The notes below the pieces were generated by a model. That model was not told where the DNA came from and did not search any database. It saw nothing but the letters and a program-made list of their open reading frames with translations. Below are positions 62,761 through 64,000 of a DNA stretch of 64,000 bases, one piece after another. A program made the translations under genes and the position numbers. Position 1 is the first letter of the stretch, and every line of letters starts with the position of its first letter. This DNA comes from Takakia lepidozioides (taxonomy: Eukaryota > Plantae > Bryophyta). The stretch covers positions 11,222,001 to 11,286,000 of the forward strand of contig CM060732.1 in assembly GCA_030704615.1 (NCBI GenBank), given 5' to 3'.

Positions 62761-64000
62761 GCAAGAAGCCATAAGTTATCATCTTCTGATTGGAGCAAAG
62801 GCCCAAAATGCCTGTTTTTTTTCTGTTTTTTTTTTCACAGCAATAAGCTGAGACCAATAAATAATACACAAATTCTTGCCGGTCAAGTGAAAAAATGCAG
62901 CAACAGCCTTTCCTCATTGGCTGGAAGGGCATATTTCGAAGATGAGTTGTAATTGGAGCAAATTGCCGCTAAACAAGCTCAACTTCGCTGCTATCAACCT
63001 CATTTCAAGCTGGTGTGACGGAATGTGAATTTACTAGCTAAGGCTCAACATACTTAGAAGGTCACCAACCTGCAATAATTTAAGTAGAGTTGGGGACTTC
63101 CAACTGTTACATTATGAGTCATTCAACAACTCTACCCAATTAATACATATTTGACTTGGACCACATGGCTAAACAAAATGAAAAGAGCAGCAGATCAGCT
63201 TGTGAGGAAGAGGGGCAGCAGCACAAACCAGAATTAAAAAAAATTCAAAATTCAATCAGGTTGTAGGTACCTGCCACAAAGCATTTCCCATTGGACATTA
63301 GCTCGCACAAATGGCCTCATCTCCACATGGCAGGAGATGGAACTGTTGGTTACTGCGGGCAATTGCCCTGGGCAGCAACCGGGAACCACTGGTACAGGTT
63401 ATTGCCATGGGGAAGAGATTAAATGAGAATGATGTAAGAGAAAATATCAGCTGGTTTCTGTGGTGGTGTCAAAAGCATCTGCCCTCGAGGAGACTCCAAA
63501 ATTTACAGACCTGGGCCCTCAAATTGTGGAATCTCCTTGTGATAATATACCAGTGTCCAGTGAGCATCAGTTTGAAGCTGCATCCACACTTAGGCTTGTT
63601 AGCGGCTACTGGTAGGACCTGAAACTATCATGGAAGAAGTCCTGGTGCAAAGGGTGAGAGGGCACAAGATCACTGACAAATACGGAACCAAATCAGCCTA
63701 GAGGTGGCTTGCAGATTGTCACATCTAAGAAAACAGGGGCTAGTGCATATTGGGGACTACATATCTCATCACCTGCTTCTTCTCTCCCATCTAAGTCATT
63801 CTACCCTTGTCTCGTTGAAGATGTGCCTACATAGCTACCTTTACAGACTGAGGAAGTCAGTGACATTAGAAAGAATCCTGATGCCAACGGCGAAAAAGTA
63901 AGAAGCCCAAGCTGCCACTGCCTCCTGTGCTGAGCAGACTTTGTTCAGAGGCATGGTCATCATCAAGAAGCAGACTGCTAATCCCCAGTCCAGTAAGCCA

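Noticed and set aside
62900-64000. Leucine-rich ORFs (63311, 63704) as an LRR gene
   Set aside because: No LxxLxLxxN periodicity and stops in all frames; left unassigned.

Overview
Eukaryotic DNA with GT-AG introns, probably from a non-seed land plant (bryophyte-like; inferred from a PLS-type PPR fragment and plant-specific small gene families). The window is almost entirely nested, decayed transposable elements around about three host genes or gene fragments. From left to right: a Ty3/Gypsy retrotransposon (-) with a C5-cytosine methyltransferase between its protease and RT; a SWIM-type MULE transposase (+) with a convergent Ulp1-protease gene that was split by a CACTA insertion and an inversion; a CACTA element (transposase -, TnpA-like ORF2 + carrying an FCP1/NIF HAD domain); one apparently intact membrane-protein gene; a TSD-flanked CRE retroposon fragment; two small tandem paralogues; two GCM/SWIM-type MULE transposases; a hAT element preceded by a periodic hairpin array; two paralogues of an intron-containing gene, the longer of which joins a ParB/Srx-like motif to a beta-class (N4C/N6A) DNA amino-methyltransferase domain; a Sola-like DDD transposase; and a CRE non-LTR element. 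The most interesting signals are the two transposon-associated DNA methyltransferases and the CACTA-linked inversion, which can be reconstructed to the base. Family names come from motif recognition by eye, not database searches, and element boundaries are approximate unless a TIR or TSD is given.
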